Source of the DNA: Octopus vulgaris
Lineage: Eukaryota
Assembly (NCBI GenBank): GCA_951406725.2
Contig: OX597816.1
Span: 167,214,001-167,278,000, forward strand
Direction of reading: 5' to 3'
Length of the DNA stretch: 64,000 nucleotides
Numbering within the stretch: the first letter of the stretch is position 1; each line of letters opens with the position of its first letter. The notes beneath the pieces were generated by a model. That model was not told the DNA's origin and did not search any database. It was given only the letters and a program-made list of their open reading frames with translations. Below, in pieces: positions 42,411 through 54,321 of the stretch. A program made the translations under genes and the position numbers.

Positions 42411-42761
42411 CTATTGAGGTGAAAGCAATTTTTGCGTAGCATTTTCTGGCAATGTCATATGAAAATGTCCCTGTTTTTTATGAGAAAAAAATACCCTGTG
42501 GCCTTAAACTGAGGGGTCACTCGTACACAGAGCTGGATAACAAAACCGTTCCCTCTTTAGTGTCCATCCATAATTATGACCCTAGTATTGATCTATTGCA
42601 TTTCAATCTGTTTTAGGGTTAGAGTTAGGGTATCTTTTTTTTCTTCAGAAATGTATATAAACCCAATCTGTTTCTTAAACGAATATATAATATGTAACAG
42701 GAACATTTTCATATGATGCTGCCAGAAAATGTTATGGCAGAAATTGTTTTCACCTCAATAG
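42411..42761. mobile_element. Foldback/MITE-like element with about 65-bp inverted arms and internal TTAGGG-like repeats
   Basis: 42411-42475 is the imperfect reverse complement of 42696-42761; TTAGGGTTAGAGTTAGGG near 42613. Confidence 0.65.
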
Positions 42762-43314
42762 ACGTCATTGATTGGTTGAAATTGATGAAATGCAAGAAAT
42801 TAAACAACAATGTAACAAACTACAGAATTTTCTCAAGAAAGCCAAGAGAAAAAGATGTTTTATAAACACATTCTACCAGTATACGGAGTTTAAAATTTTT
42901 TTAGTTACATAGAAATTATTTTAAAAATCTGCTGGTCAAAGTGAAAAGAACCAATTTTTGTCATGAGCTGACAAAGAGAATTAGAAATGATTGTTGGTTG
43001 AGAAAAGTTATTTCCCTTTGATTTCTTACTTTCAGACATGAGAGAGAAGCCATGTTTATAACATGAGTGAATGAATAAGTGAAAAAGAGAAAGAAAGAGA
43101 GATTGTGTATGTGTGTGCACGTGCTACCTGAAGGGGCCATTCAGAAGGGATTGAACCAAATGACATATAGTTACAAAGTAAGCTTTTTAACAATTAACAA
43201 TTATTCCTGCATTTATGAAAGTTTGGGGTTGTTTGTTTTGGGTGGAAATAAACATCTTGGAGGAATTTGCAAGCAGGAGTTTCAAATTACTGAACCAAAA
43301 AGTATGGTACTTAC

Positions 43315-44019
43315 TTTCAATTCATCTGTTTCATTATTTCTGGAATTGTAAAAGAGTTCATTATCTCCTGTTTGTGGCATGTCTGGACCATCTATGGAGA
43401 TCTCTTGACCAGATTTTGCTAAGGAAAGTCGAGAAGTAAATTCTTTGTTCTCTGGAGATTTCTCGCGAAGACTGGACGAACGATTTAGAGAACCACGTGG
43501 TTGGACAGACGATACCTGCTTTTCTTCAAAGCTATTGAGTTGAGATCTGTGATTCGGTTTATCACCAGAACTATATCTGTAAGTAATATTACTTTTAGAG
43601 ATTTTAGGAGGAATTTTAGTTTCACTTTTTGACACGTCTTCAGATCTGTCACCGTCCCTAGAGTTTTTGATTTCAAAAGCGTTATCATCATCATCATCAT
43701 AATCATCATCATTTTCTGTTGGAATGAAGTTCAGGTTATCTCCGGAACGACTGAGGAATTTGGATGCCTCGAGGTTACTCGGTGTTATTTCTGTGCTCGA
43801 ACTTAAATCGTGCAAACTGTTACTTTTGCGCAACCCCTCAGTGTAGTGTTTGTCATTTTTGTGCTTCAAACTACGGACACCGCGGTAAGTGTTCGGAGTT
43901 TTGAGTTTATCAATGTCAAATCTATCAAACGATCGTGCGTTTCGAATCAATCCAACATAACCAGATTGTCTGCCAGTTTGAGAACCATGAGTATTTACAG
44001 AATCTTCCGAAGACAAAGA
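43315..44019 (-). CDS. MPRIP: Large coding exon, Ser/Asp-rich low-complexity linker between the two PH domains
   Basis: 705 nt stop-free non-repeat frame inside ORF 43282-44055. TTTCCAG acceptor, AAA|GTAAGT donor, phase 0/0, compatible with both neighbours. SLSSEDSVNTHGSQ...NNETDELK. Confidence 0.85.
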
Positions 44020-44076
44020 CTGGAAAGAAAGCAAAAGAGACAAATTAAAAAACAAGATTTACAAATTTATCAAAAA

Positions 44077-44359
44077 GTAAGGAATAAAAAAATTTTAGAA
44101 TGGTACAACAATGCACTATAATACAAACAATGGTCTATTTACCTGTTGTAATTTAGTCATCCATAGTCTGATATAATATTTTGGAATAATATTCCTTCTT
44201 CCGATATTCTTAGATGGAGTCCATCTAAGAATATCTGAAGAAGGAATATTATTCCGAAATATTATATCAGACTATGGGTGACTAAATTACAACAGGTAAA
44301 CAGTCCATTCTCTATATCATAGTGCATTGTAGTACCATTCAAAACTTTTTATTCTTTAC
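44077..44359. repeat. Long palindrome (about 140-bp arms) carrying hammerhead-like motifs
   Basis: Symmetry centre at 44219 (AGATGGA G TCCATCT); arms match over their whole length with scattered mismatches. Confidence 0.92.
44231..44272 (+). ncRNA. Putative minimal type I hammerhead ribozyme motif (Penelope pLTR type)
   Basis: CTGAAGA(44235-41), A, stem II GGAAT/ATTCC, GAAA(44256-59), short stem III ATA/TAT, ATC triplet. Stem I is poorly formed. Confidence 0.55.
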
Positions 44360-44783
44360 AAACAGTACAGAATGCTTCAAGCGAACTACAATACTCTCTT
44401 ATCAAAAAGTATTTTCATATCACCAGGTCTCACCTTGTTTAGATTAAATAATTATAATTAATGCAATATTACTTCCACCATATTTCAACTACTAAAGAAA
44501 ATACAAGGAACTGAGTCAGTAATAATTTATTCAGTGCCTTAAATCAGCCCAACAGTGTGTAAACCCATTATTTTTCTATCTCTTTGCCTATATTTTCTAT
44601 AACCACAGCACTTTCATTGTCATCATTATTGTACACTATTTGCAGCAGGCTGATGGCACCACAACAAAAGTTTTCCCAATAAAGCTGGAGTTTTTCCATC
44701 GGATAAAGCCATAGCACTACTTCATTCTGACTTTCTCTTAGTGTTTTTCTTGGCAGAGACATTGGGGTGGTTTGCCCAATAAA

Positions 44784-45013
44784 GGCGGCGAGCTGGCAGA
44801 AACGTTAGCATGCCGGGCGAAATGCTTAGCGGTATTTCGTCTGCGTTACGTTGTGAGTTCAAATTCCGCCGAGGTCGACTTTGCCTTTCATCCTTTCGGG
44901 GTTGATAAATTAAGTACCAGTTACGCACTGGAGTCGATGTAATCGACTTAATACCTATGTCTGTCCTTGTTTGTCCCCTCTGTGTTTAGCCCCTTGTGGG
45001 TAATAAAGAAATA
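44784..45013 (+). mobile_element. tRNA-derived SINE family A (Meta-like core), well-preserved copy
   Basis: A box-like TGGCAGAAACGTTAG, B box GAGTTCAAATTCC, core GCCTTTCATCCTTTCGGGGTTGATAAA..AGTACCAG. Many copies in the window. Confidence 0.85.
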
Positions 45014-45335
45014 GGTTTGCCATTGCCTTCCATAACTGGATGGTCATTGGCTCACAAAGAGCTCATCTGTCCTGTGACAGAGCTTGTTTCTAGTCCTTCT
45101 GGGCATCCAGAGACCTTCATAAGAGCAGCAAGCTACTCAAGTGGGGGAGCCAGTTTAGCAGCTGACCATTCAACCACAGAACAGGTAGGACTGGTTTACA
45201 TGGCACCAGAAGCAGATCTCAGTAGCCTGTGATGAGATCCCTGACCTGACTAACAACACAATCCACATCACCTGAAAAATGCAGTCAGTGATGTATAAAG
45301 TCATCTGTTAGTGACCAGTGATGCAGAAGGCCATT

Positions 45336-45660
45336 TGATAATGACAGGTGAGGTAGGCCATCAGAAAGCGACCAGCAGTACAAGTGGCCATCAGAGTGTC
45401 TAGTGGCACATGTGGCCATGGGAGAGCAAGCAGCTGTGTATGTGGCCATCGGTGCATGTGGCCACAGGAGAGTAACTGGCAGTGCACATGGCCATCGGAG
45501 GGTGACCGGCGGTGCACATGGCCATCGGAGGGTGACCAACAGTGCACATGGCCATCAGAGAGTGACTGACGGTGCACATGGCCATCAGAGAGTGACTGAC
45601 GGTGCACATGGCCATCAGAGAGTGACCAACGATGTACATGGCCATCGGAGAGTGACCAGC
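45336..45660. repeat. GC-rich 30-bp minisatellite GGTGCACATGGCCATCRGAGAGTGACYRRC
   Basis: Six well-conserved units at 45481-45660 with degenerate units upstream. Confidence 0.92.
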
Positions 45661-48481
45661 AATGAATAAAGCCATTTAATATTGAACAGTGAAGTATAAA
45701 GTTATCAGAGAGTCTTGTTAAAAGAATAAAAATAAAATCAGTTGTAAATGATATTGTTTGTCTAACAGACTGTGTTCTGTTAGTTTCTACTAATCTTTAA
45801 GATTAATCTAAATCCTCATCCCCAGTTATTAAAGACCTAGTAACATTCATAGTCTTATAATACGCCCTGCCCCACTTGTTTACATTAATGAGAAAACAAC
45901 ATTATAATGATGCTAAATATATAATTGGAAGCAAGAATCTAGAAAGTTCCATTTCCCCAGCAACTATCCTATGTCAGAGGGGATGGCCAACATTTGGAGT
46001 GGGAAGCTTTTCTCTTCAAAGTCTCTCATAACAAACCCACACATACATTTTACACATACACATGAATGTATACCACAGGATTCTTCCAGTTTTCAACAAT
46101 CAAACTGACCCTCAAAAATTTGATCAGCTCAAAGCTAAGATACTTGCTCAAGGTGTCACACACTGAGCATGGACCATAAACCATGGGGTTGTAAAGCAAA
46201 CTTCTTTACTGCACGCGTGTGTGTGTGTGTGTGTGTGTGTGTGTTTCTTGCCCCACACTACCACTTCATGGTTGGTAAAGATTTGTTTGTGTCCCTGAAT
46301 GTAATTTAATGAGAAAAGGAGACCATGTACCAGCCCTAAAATAAATCCTGGGGTTGATTTGTTCAACAAATGTGGTGCCCCAGCATGGCCACAGTCCAAT
46401 GACTGAATCAAGTACAATAAACAAAAAATGTGTGCGTGTGGGTATGTGTGTGTGTACATGTGAGCATGTTGCATGTGTGCATGTCTGCATAGGTGTACAT
46501 GCATGCGTGCATAGGTGAGTTTTTGTGTGCAAGAACATGTGTGGTACATTAAGTGGCCAAGTGGAGAGGGTTAAGCCAGAGTAATTACTGTAAAGTGCTG
46601 AATGTTAAAAACTGGGACGATCATGGACAGGAAGGGAGTTTTAGAGAGAGAAGTAGCTGAGTGGAGGTGTGAGTGGTAGGGTGGTGTTAGGGTTAGTGCA
46701 GGGGATGACGGAAGAGGAGGAAATTTGGTAAATGGTGATAAGGTAGCAGCAGCAGCTGCATGCAGTGGTGAAAGAGAAAGAGAGAGGACTAGATAATGTA
46801 GCATTTGGTTGGTGCAGTGGGGGAAAAATTTCAGATGTAGCATGTGAAATCCCACTCTTGTAGTGATGGTGGTCATGGTGGGATTGGGGGAGAGAAGAAA
46901 ATGTTCAAGTCCTAGAACTTGTAGGACCAGTTATCTGGTTTCCACGACATTCCCTCTGAGCAAGGTCCAGTCCATTGTAGGGCAGCTCTTCTTTTCTGCC
47001 AGTTGAGTGGACTGGAGCAATGTGAAATGAAGGGTTTTGCTCAAGAACAAAATGCATTGCCCAGCCTGGGAATTGAAACCACAACTACATGATTGGGAGT
47101 TCAAAACCCTCACCACTAAGCCATGCACCTTCACACAGAAAAAAAAGAGGAAATTGTTATTTCTGAATTTCTTTCCTTTACTTGTTTCAGTCATTAGATT
47201 GTGGCCATGCTGGGGCACCACCTTGGGGAATTTTGGTCAAATGAATCAACCCCAATGCTTTTTCTTTTAAAGTTTGGTACTCGTTCTATTGGTCTCTTTT
47301 GCTGAACTGCTAAGTTACAGGGACATAAACACACCAACATCAGTTGTCAAGTGATGGTAGGGGATAAAGAGACACACACACGACAGGAGTTGGCAATGCC
47401 CAGAGCAGCACCATCTTTCATTGTCTGTTTTGGGTTGGTTTCTACAGCTAGATGCCTTTCCCAACACCAACCACTTGACCAGAAATGGCCTGAACTCTTT
47501 GCATGAACACCCTCCCTGTACATAACTCCATGTCCCCCTACATGGCCTTGCTTTTTTCTTTTTGAGCCAAAAAATTAACTTAAGAGAATGTTGTTCTGGG
47601 TGCTTTTTTTTTTACTTGGCACCAGCACTTTGTATGTGGCACCAGCGCTTTGTACATGGCACCAGCACTGTCTCTTCTGCTCTCATGGGCAAATTCTGTT
47701 GTGGTGGTGGGTCTTAGTACAGCAATACACCATATATTTTGGTTCTTTCTCATCTCCTCTCATAAAAGAAAATGGTTTTTAAGGTACCATTTGTTTTTGG
47801 TTTTGTTGGCCAGACCCAGTAAATAAATGTTGTGATTCCTTTTGGAACCAGTTCAGGACCACAATACAATCACAATAAAAAAAGTTTGAAACTTCTAACC
47901 ATTAAGTCAATAGCCACCCCTGCTCTCTCAATTTTCTCTTCCTTCTATCAAAGGAAACTGAACTTTCATAAATTCATTTGTTCGGGGATATATTAGAGCA
48001 AAACATTTGATAAAAAAACAACAAAACGTGTTTTCTTTTTATGTTTAAAGCTGTCCAACTGGTTTTTCTGATGAAAGACAAGAAATAGATTAAAAGTTTT
48101 TAGTACAACCGACCCACCTTTGCAGTTATTTTGAGGAAATGACCAAAGGTATGAGGAAATTAGAAATAAGTAATTAAGTAGTTTAACGATTAGCTGTAGA
48201 ACCTTTCTGCTTAACTGACTTCTGACTGACAACAACAATGTAAAAAAAAAATACAGTTAATGTAGTTTTCTAAGTGAATATAAGGAGGTTTAAAATTGGG
48301 GAAAAAACTACAAATTTGTAATAACAGCAGTGCTTTCTAATTTTGGCACAAGGTCAACAATTTTGAGGGGATGGGGTCCATGTTGATTATATCAAGCCCC
48401 AGTACTTGACAAGTACCTTATTTTATTGCTCCCCCACCAGATACATGAATAAATAACAGTTATTATTATTATTATTATTAT

Positions 48482-49318
48482 AGGTGGCAAGATGGTAGAA
48501 TTGTTAGCACGGCGGGCGAAATGCTTAGCAGTATTTCGTCTGCCGCTACGTTCTGAGTTCAAATTCCGCCGAGGTCAACTTTGCCTTTCATCCTTTCAGA
48601 GTTGATTAAATAAGTACCAGTTACACACTGGGGTTGATATAATTGACTTAATCCATTTGTCTGTCCTTGTTTGTCCTCTCTGTGTTTAGCCCCTTATGGG
48701 TAGTAAAGAAATAGGTATTTTGTCCGTCTTTACATTCTGAGCCCAAATTCTGCTGAGGTTGACTGTCTTTCATCCTTTTGGAACCAATAAAATAAGTACC
48801 AGTTATGCACTGGAGTCAATGTAATTGACTTAATCTTTGTTTGTCCTTGTTTGTCCCCTCTATGTTTAGCCCCCTGGGGGCAATAAAGAAATTAAAAAAA
48901 AAAAATTATTATTGAGGTGAGCTGGCAAATTGTCAGCAAGCTGGAGAAAGTGCTTAGAGGCATTTTGTCCCATTTTGATTAGAGTTCAAATTCCGCTGAG
49001 GTTGACTTTGCCTTTCATCCTTTCAGGGTCGACAAAATGAGTACCATTTGAACATTGGGGTTGATGTAATCAACTTATCCTTTCCCCACAAGATTTCAGG
49101 CCTTGTGTCTATAGTACAAAGATTATTATTAAGGTGGTGAGCTGGCAGAGTTGTTAGCACACTGGACTAAATGCATAGCGGTATTTTGCCTGTTACTACA
49201 TTCTGAGTTCAAATTCCACTGAGGTCGATTATGCCTTTCATCCTTTTGGGGGTCAATGTAATCGACTAGTCCCCTCTCCCAAAATTTCAGGCCTTGTACC
49301 TATAACAGAAAGGATTAT
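48482..49318 (+). mobile_element. Head-to-tail cluster of four family A SINEs
   Basis: Repeated family A cores near 48482, 48715 (5'-truncated), 48915 and 49133. Confidence 0.8.
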
Positions 49319-51265
49319 TCTACCTGAGAATTACATTAAAGATAAACCTTGATAATGCTGGTGCCATGTCAAAAGTACCCAGTACACACTGTGATATGGT
49401 TGGCATTAGGAAGGGCATATAAACTATGCCAAAACGAACGATGGGATCTGGTGTGGCCCCTGACCTTGCTAGCTCCTGTTGAACTTGTTCCTGCATGGAA
49501 AATGGACATTATATAATGTCATCATTGTTTTAACATCCAGTTTTCCATATATATATATATATGCCAAATCAGACTGGAGTTCAATGCAGCCTCTCAGCTT
49601 ACCAACTCTGATCAAACTGTCCAACCCATGCCAGCAGGGACAATGGATGTTAAATGATATCATTGCTTTAACATCCAGAAGGAAAGATACCATTGAAAAT
49701 GGTGTCTAAAAGTACAAAAATGTGGGTGAAATGATGGTTTAATTGTTGGTCAAATAACACCAAACGGAAATGTGTGTGTGTGCATATGGAAGTGTTATCA
49801 CTAGAACATGTTAATTACTCAGCAAGTAATTATTTTCATTAGCCATTAGTTGTGTAATCATTTTCTTTAATTAAGAAAACTGATACTTTACATTCTTTCG
49901 GTGATATTAGTTTGGACAGAAACGGATTGTGGGAAGTAGAGTCATCTGAGAAACACACTACAAATTTACATAGAAAACTTCTAAGAAAGCACATCACGGA
50001 TCCTTCACAAAGTTTTATGGCAGTGGTTCATATGGCCCTGGGAGCCCATGTACAATTTTGTTTCTTGAAAATCATGTGTAATAAATTGGTTATACTTCTA
50101 AAATACACAAAATATTTTTATTTGCTTATACATGCCAGCGCCGCCTTGGCTGGCTTCCGTGCCGGTGGCACGTTAAAAGCACCAACCGATCGTGGCCAAT
50201 GCCAGACCCCCCGGCACATGTGCAGGTGGCACGTAAAAAGCACCCACTACACTCGTGGAGTGGTTAGCGTTAGGAAGGGCATCCAGCTGTAGAAACACTG
50301 CCAGATCAAGATTGGAGCCTGGTGCAGCCCTGGCTTCCCAGACCCCAGTTGAACCGTCCAACCCGTGCTAGTGCGGAAAACGGACGTTAAACGATGATGA
50401 TGATGATGACATCATCATTGTTTCATGTCCGCTTTCCATACTAGCATGGGTTGGATGATTTGACTAAGGACTAGCTAACCAGATGGCTGCACCAGGCTTC
50501 AATTTTAATCTGGCAGAGTTTCTACAGCTGGATGCCCTTCCTAACGCCAACCACTCTGAGAGTGTTATGGGTGCTTTTACGTGCCAGTCAGGCGGTACTG
50601 GCAACGACCTTGCTCGAATCTTTTATACATGCCACCGGCACAGGTGCCAGTAAGGCGATGCTGGTAACGATCACGCTCGAATGGTGTCTTTTGACATGCC
50701 ACTGGCACGGAGGCCAGATAGCTGCTCAGGCAATGATCATGCTCGGATGTGCTCTTAATACTCTACTACACAATTTGTAATATTTAATTATAAAAATATA
50801 ATGGGATTTTTAAAACTTCAAATGGTTATGAGGGTCCAGTAGAATAAAATAGAAATCAAAGGGGTTCATTTGTTGTGAACCATAATGATGGAGAATAGTT
50901 GACCATACAGGCTTGACCATTTGGAAGTATGTAACCAAGAACCTCATGTGGAGAGTTCTTGCGATATTGTGGTCACTTCCTTTTCCAAACAATGGTATTG
51001 GAGAGTCTTCAGCACCTTGAGTGACTGAGCAAGTCTTTCCAGAGACAGCAGGAACGACTTAGAAAAGATTGCTCTGACACCCCATCACTACCCATCTTAT
51101 CTCCTTCACCACCCTTAAATAATGTGGGGTAGCCATGCATTTCCTCTATGGCAACACACCTGTGTTTACCCTGTCATACTTTAGCCTTCCAACACCTGGC
51201 AAAAAGCCAGCTCCTCCTCTCACCCTACCCCTTACTTGAAGGAACTTTTCCTCTCTTCTTTTTCT

Positions 51266-51496
51266 TATTTCTTTATTGCCCACAAGGAGCTAAACATAGA
51301 GAGGACAAACAAGGATAGACAAACAGATTAAGTCGATTACATCGACCCCAGTGCGTAACTGGTACTTGATTTATCGACCCTGAAAGGATGAAAGGCAAAG
51401 TCGACCTCGGCGAAATTTGAACTCAGAACGTTGCGGCAGATGAAATACCACCAAGCATTTGCCTGGCGTGCTACCGCGTCTGCCATCTCGCCACCT
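51266..51496 (-). mobile_element. SINE family A, reverse copy
   Basis: Reverse complement of the family A sequence. Confidence 0.82.
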
Positions 51497-52026
51497 TTCT
51501 TTTTCTGTCTTACAACTTACTTAGTGACCTCATTGATGCCAGTGTCATGAAAAAAGAAAGCACCCAGTACATGCTGTAGGGGTTGGCATTAGGAAGAGCA
51601 TCCAGCTGTGAAAATCCATTGCCAAAACAGACAGCAGAGCTTGGTGCAAGCTCCTGACTTGCCAGTTCCTGCTGAGGCAGCCAACCCATGACAGCATGGA
51701 AAATGGAAGTTAAATGATTATGATGGCAATGGGCTTCTTTCAGTTTCTGTTAACCAAATCCATCCACACAGCTTTGGTTGGCCAGGGGATATAGAAGACA
51801 CTTTCCCAAAGTGAAATCATTCCAAAGCAGACACATTGGAGTTTGGTACAGTCCTCTGGCTTGCCAGCTCCTACTGAACCTGTGATGCCTGCTTCCCAGT
51901 CATGTGGTTTTGAGTTCAGTACCACTGCATAGCACCTGGGGTGTCTTCTGTTAAGGCCGTGGGCAGACCAAAACCTTGTCAATGGACTGGGTTGATGGAA
52001 ACTGAAAGAAGCCTATAGTGTGTGTG

Positions 52027-52470
52027 TGAGAGTGCGACTGAGCGAGCGAGAGTGCGACTGAGAGAGTGAGAGTGCGACAGAGAGAGTGAGAGTGCGACAG
52101 AGAGAGTGAGAGTGCGACAGAGAGAGTGAGAGTGCGACAGAGTGAGACAGAGAGTGAGAGTGCGACAGAGAGTGAGAGTGCGACAGAGAGTGAGAGTGCG
52201 ACAGAGAGTGAGAGTGCGACTGAGAGTGAGAGTGCGACAGAGAGTGAGAGTTGCGACTGAGAGTGAGAGTGCGACTGAGAGTGAGAGAGTGCGACTGAGA
52301 GTGAGAGTGCGACTGAGAGTGAGAGTGCGACTGAGAGAGTGAGAGTGCAACTGAGAGAGTGAGTGTGCGACTGAGAGTGAGAGTGCAACTGAGAGTGAGA
52401 GTGAAACAGTGAGAGTGCGACAAAGAGTGAAAGTGCGACAGAGTGAATGAGAGTGCGACTGAGCATGACT
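52027..52470. repeat. 18-20 bp minisatellite GAGAGTGCGACWGAGAGT
   Basis: More than 20 visible units following a family B SINE core. Confidence 0.92.
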
Positions 52471-53107
52471 GAGCGAGTGAGGCGAGCGAGTGAGGCTCCT
52501 ATTGAACCATCCAACCCACCCACCCATGTCAGCATAGAAAACAACAAGAGTAAGGAAAGTGTTTGCATAACACGAGACAAACAACCACATTGTAGGGCGA
52601 AGGTATCTTTAATTAATCTAAGCCACCAAAACAACAATGTCGCCCTGTCTACAAGTCGTAACCTAAACCAGAACGAAACATAAATAAAATGAAATGCTTC
52701 AGATGACAAACAATAAAACATGTCATTCAGAGTGGGGATGGGTTGAGATTCATCATTAAAATTACAATTATATGGCTCTTTATCATTGCCAATATATTTT
52801 AAAGGAGACACCAAGCCTTCTTTCACGTGTCCACAGAGCATATCAAAGAGAAGTGAACTTAAGTGAATTTACGCTGGAGGTATTTCATTGTGTGTGAGGG
52901 TGTTATCAATGTATGCATACAGAGCAGAGACGGTTTATTGTATTGGTAGTGACTGATATATTTGTGTATATAATATAAGTACAGCCACGTGGTCTGGTGT
53001 TCAGTACCACTGCATGGCACCTGTGGTGTCTTGTGTTAAGGCAGAGGGCAGACCAAGGTCTTGTCAAAAGACTGGGTCAACAGAAACTGAAAGAAGCCTA
53101 TTGTGTT

Positions 53108-53400
53108 TGAGTGAGAGTGAGTGAGAGAGTGAGAATGAGTGAGAGAGTGAGTGAGTGTTAGAGTGTGCGAGAGTGTGAGTGAGTGTGCAAGACAGAGGGT
53201 GAGTGTGCGAGACAGAGAGTGAGTGTGTGAGACAGAGAGTGAGTGTGCGAGACAGAGAGTGAGTGTGCGAGACAGAGAGTGAGTGTGCGAGACAGAGAGT
53301 GAGTGTGTGAGACAGAGGGTGAATGTGCGAGGCAGAGAGTGAGTGAGTATGCAAGAGTGTGAGCAAGACTGCAAGTGTGTGAGCAAGACTGTGAGTGTGC
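53108..53400. repeat. 20-bp minisatellite GAGTGTGCGAGACAGAGAGT
   Basis: Regular units at about 53181-53340. Confidence 0.9.
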
Positions 53401-54321
53401 ATGCAAGCCTGTGTTTCCTTGTCTTGACCTTGAGATGTAATAGTTGTAAAGTTCTCATCCTTATCAAACAAGCAATGTTCATTTCTAGTCTTCCAGGAGA
53501 AAAATTTCTGGTCATGTGGAAATATTGCTTGGAAAGAGGTTATGGCTTACCCACAGGAAGGGCCTTTGGCTCTAGGATTTAAGCTTCAACAAAATTCTGT
53601 CTGACCCATGCAAGATCAGAAAAGTGGTCATCAAATGATGATGATGATGTACAACTGATATAAAACCTGTTGAGAATGAGGGATATCATTTCAGGAGCTC
53701 TTACTTGTAGTTCTTGTTTTAAGGAAGAGAGCTGGCAGAATGGGTAGAGCATCAGATAAAATTCTTTGTGGTATTTTCCTAACACTTTATACTGCATTCA
53801 AAACCATTGTAAAATCCCCACCAGAATCAAAGAAAGTTCTGGGGGTGATGGTATTGACTAAACTCCACCCCCTCTAAAATTTCTGGCCTTGTGCCAAAGT
53901 CAGAAAATTCTTTTGTTTCAGTTGCTGGACTGTGGCCATGCTGGAACACCACCCTGTAGGGTTTTAGCCAATCAAGTCACTCTCAGAACTCAATTTTGCC
54001 CTTCTTTCCTTTCTAAGCCTGGTACTTACTGAAATGTTATCTCTCTATTAGTGACTTCCCACTAAGTTATGGGGACGTAAACAAACCTACACCAGTTGTC
54101 AAGTAGCAAAAGACAAACATATATATGCACAAAACAGTGACAAGCTTAATTTTTTTCTATTAAATTCACTGACAAGACATTAGCTAATTCAGAACCATAA
54201 CAAAAAATTTCCCAAGGTATCATGGAGTGGAACTGAACCAGAAACCAGCAATTGCAAAATGGCCTTCTTAACACAGCAACGATTTGTGTCAATTGTATAA
54301 ATTTTAAATAGATAATTTATT

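Noticed and set aside
42613-42631. Interstitial telomere
   Set aside because: Only about three imperfect TTAGGG units, embedded in an inverted-repeat element.
44784-44870. tRNA gene
   Set aside because: A/B boxes belong to a multi-copy SINE head; no complete cloverleaf seen.
45336-45660. Possible CRISPR-like array
   Set aside because: Contiguous 30-bp units with no unique spacers, in a eukaryotic context with no cas genes.
51951-53515. SH/TL-repeat ORFs of 130-296 aa
   Set aside because: Minisatellite translations inside SINE tails.
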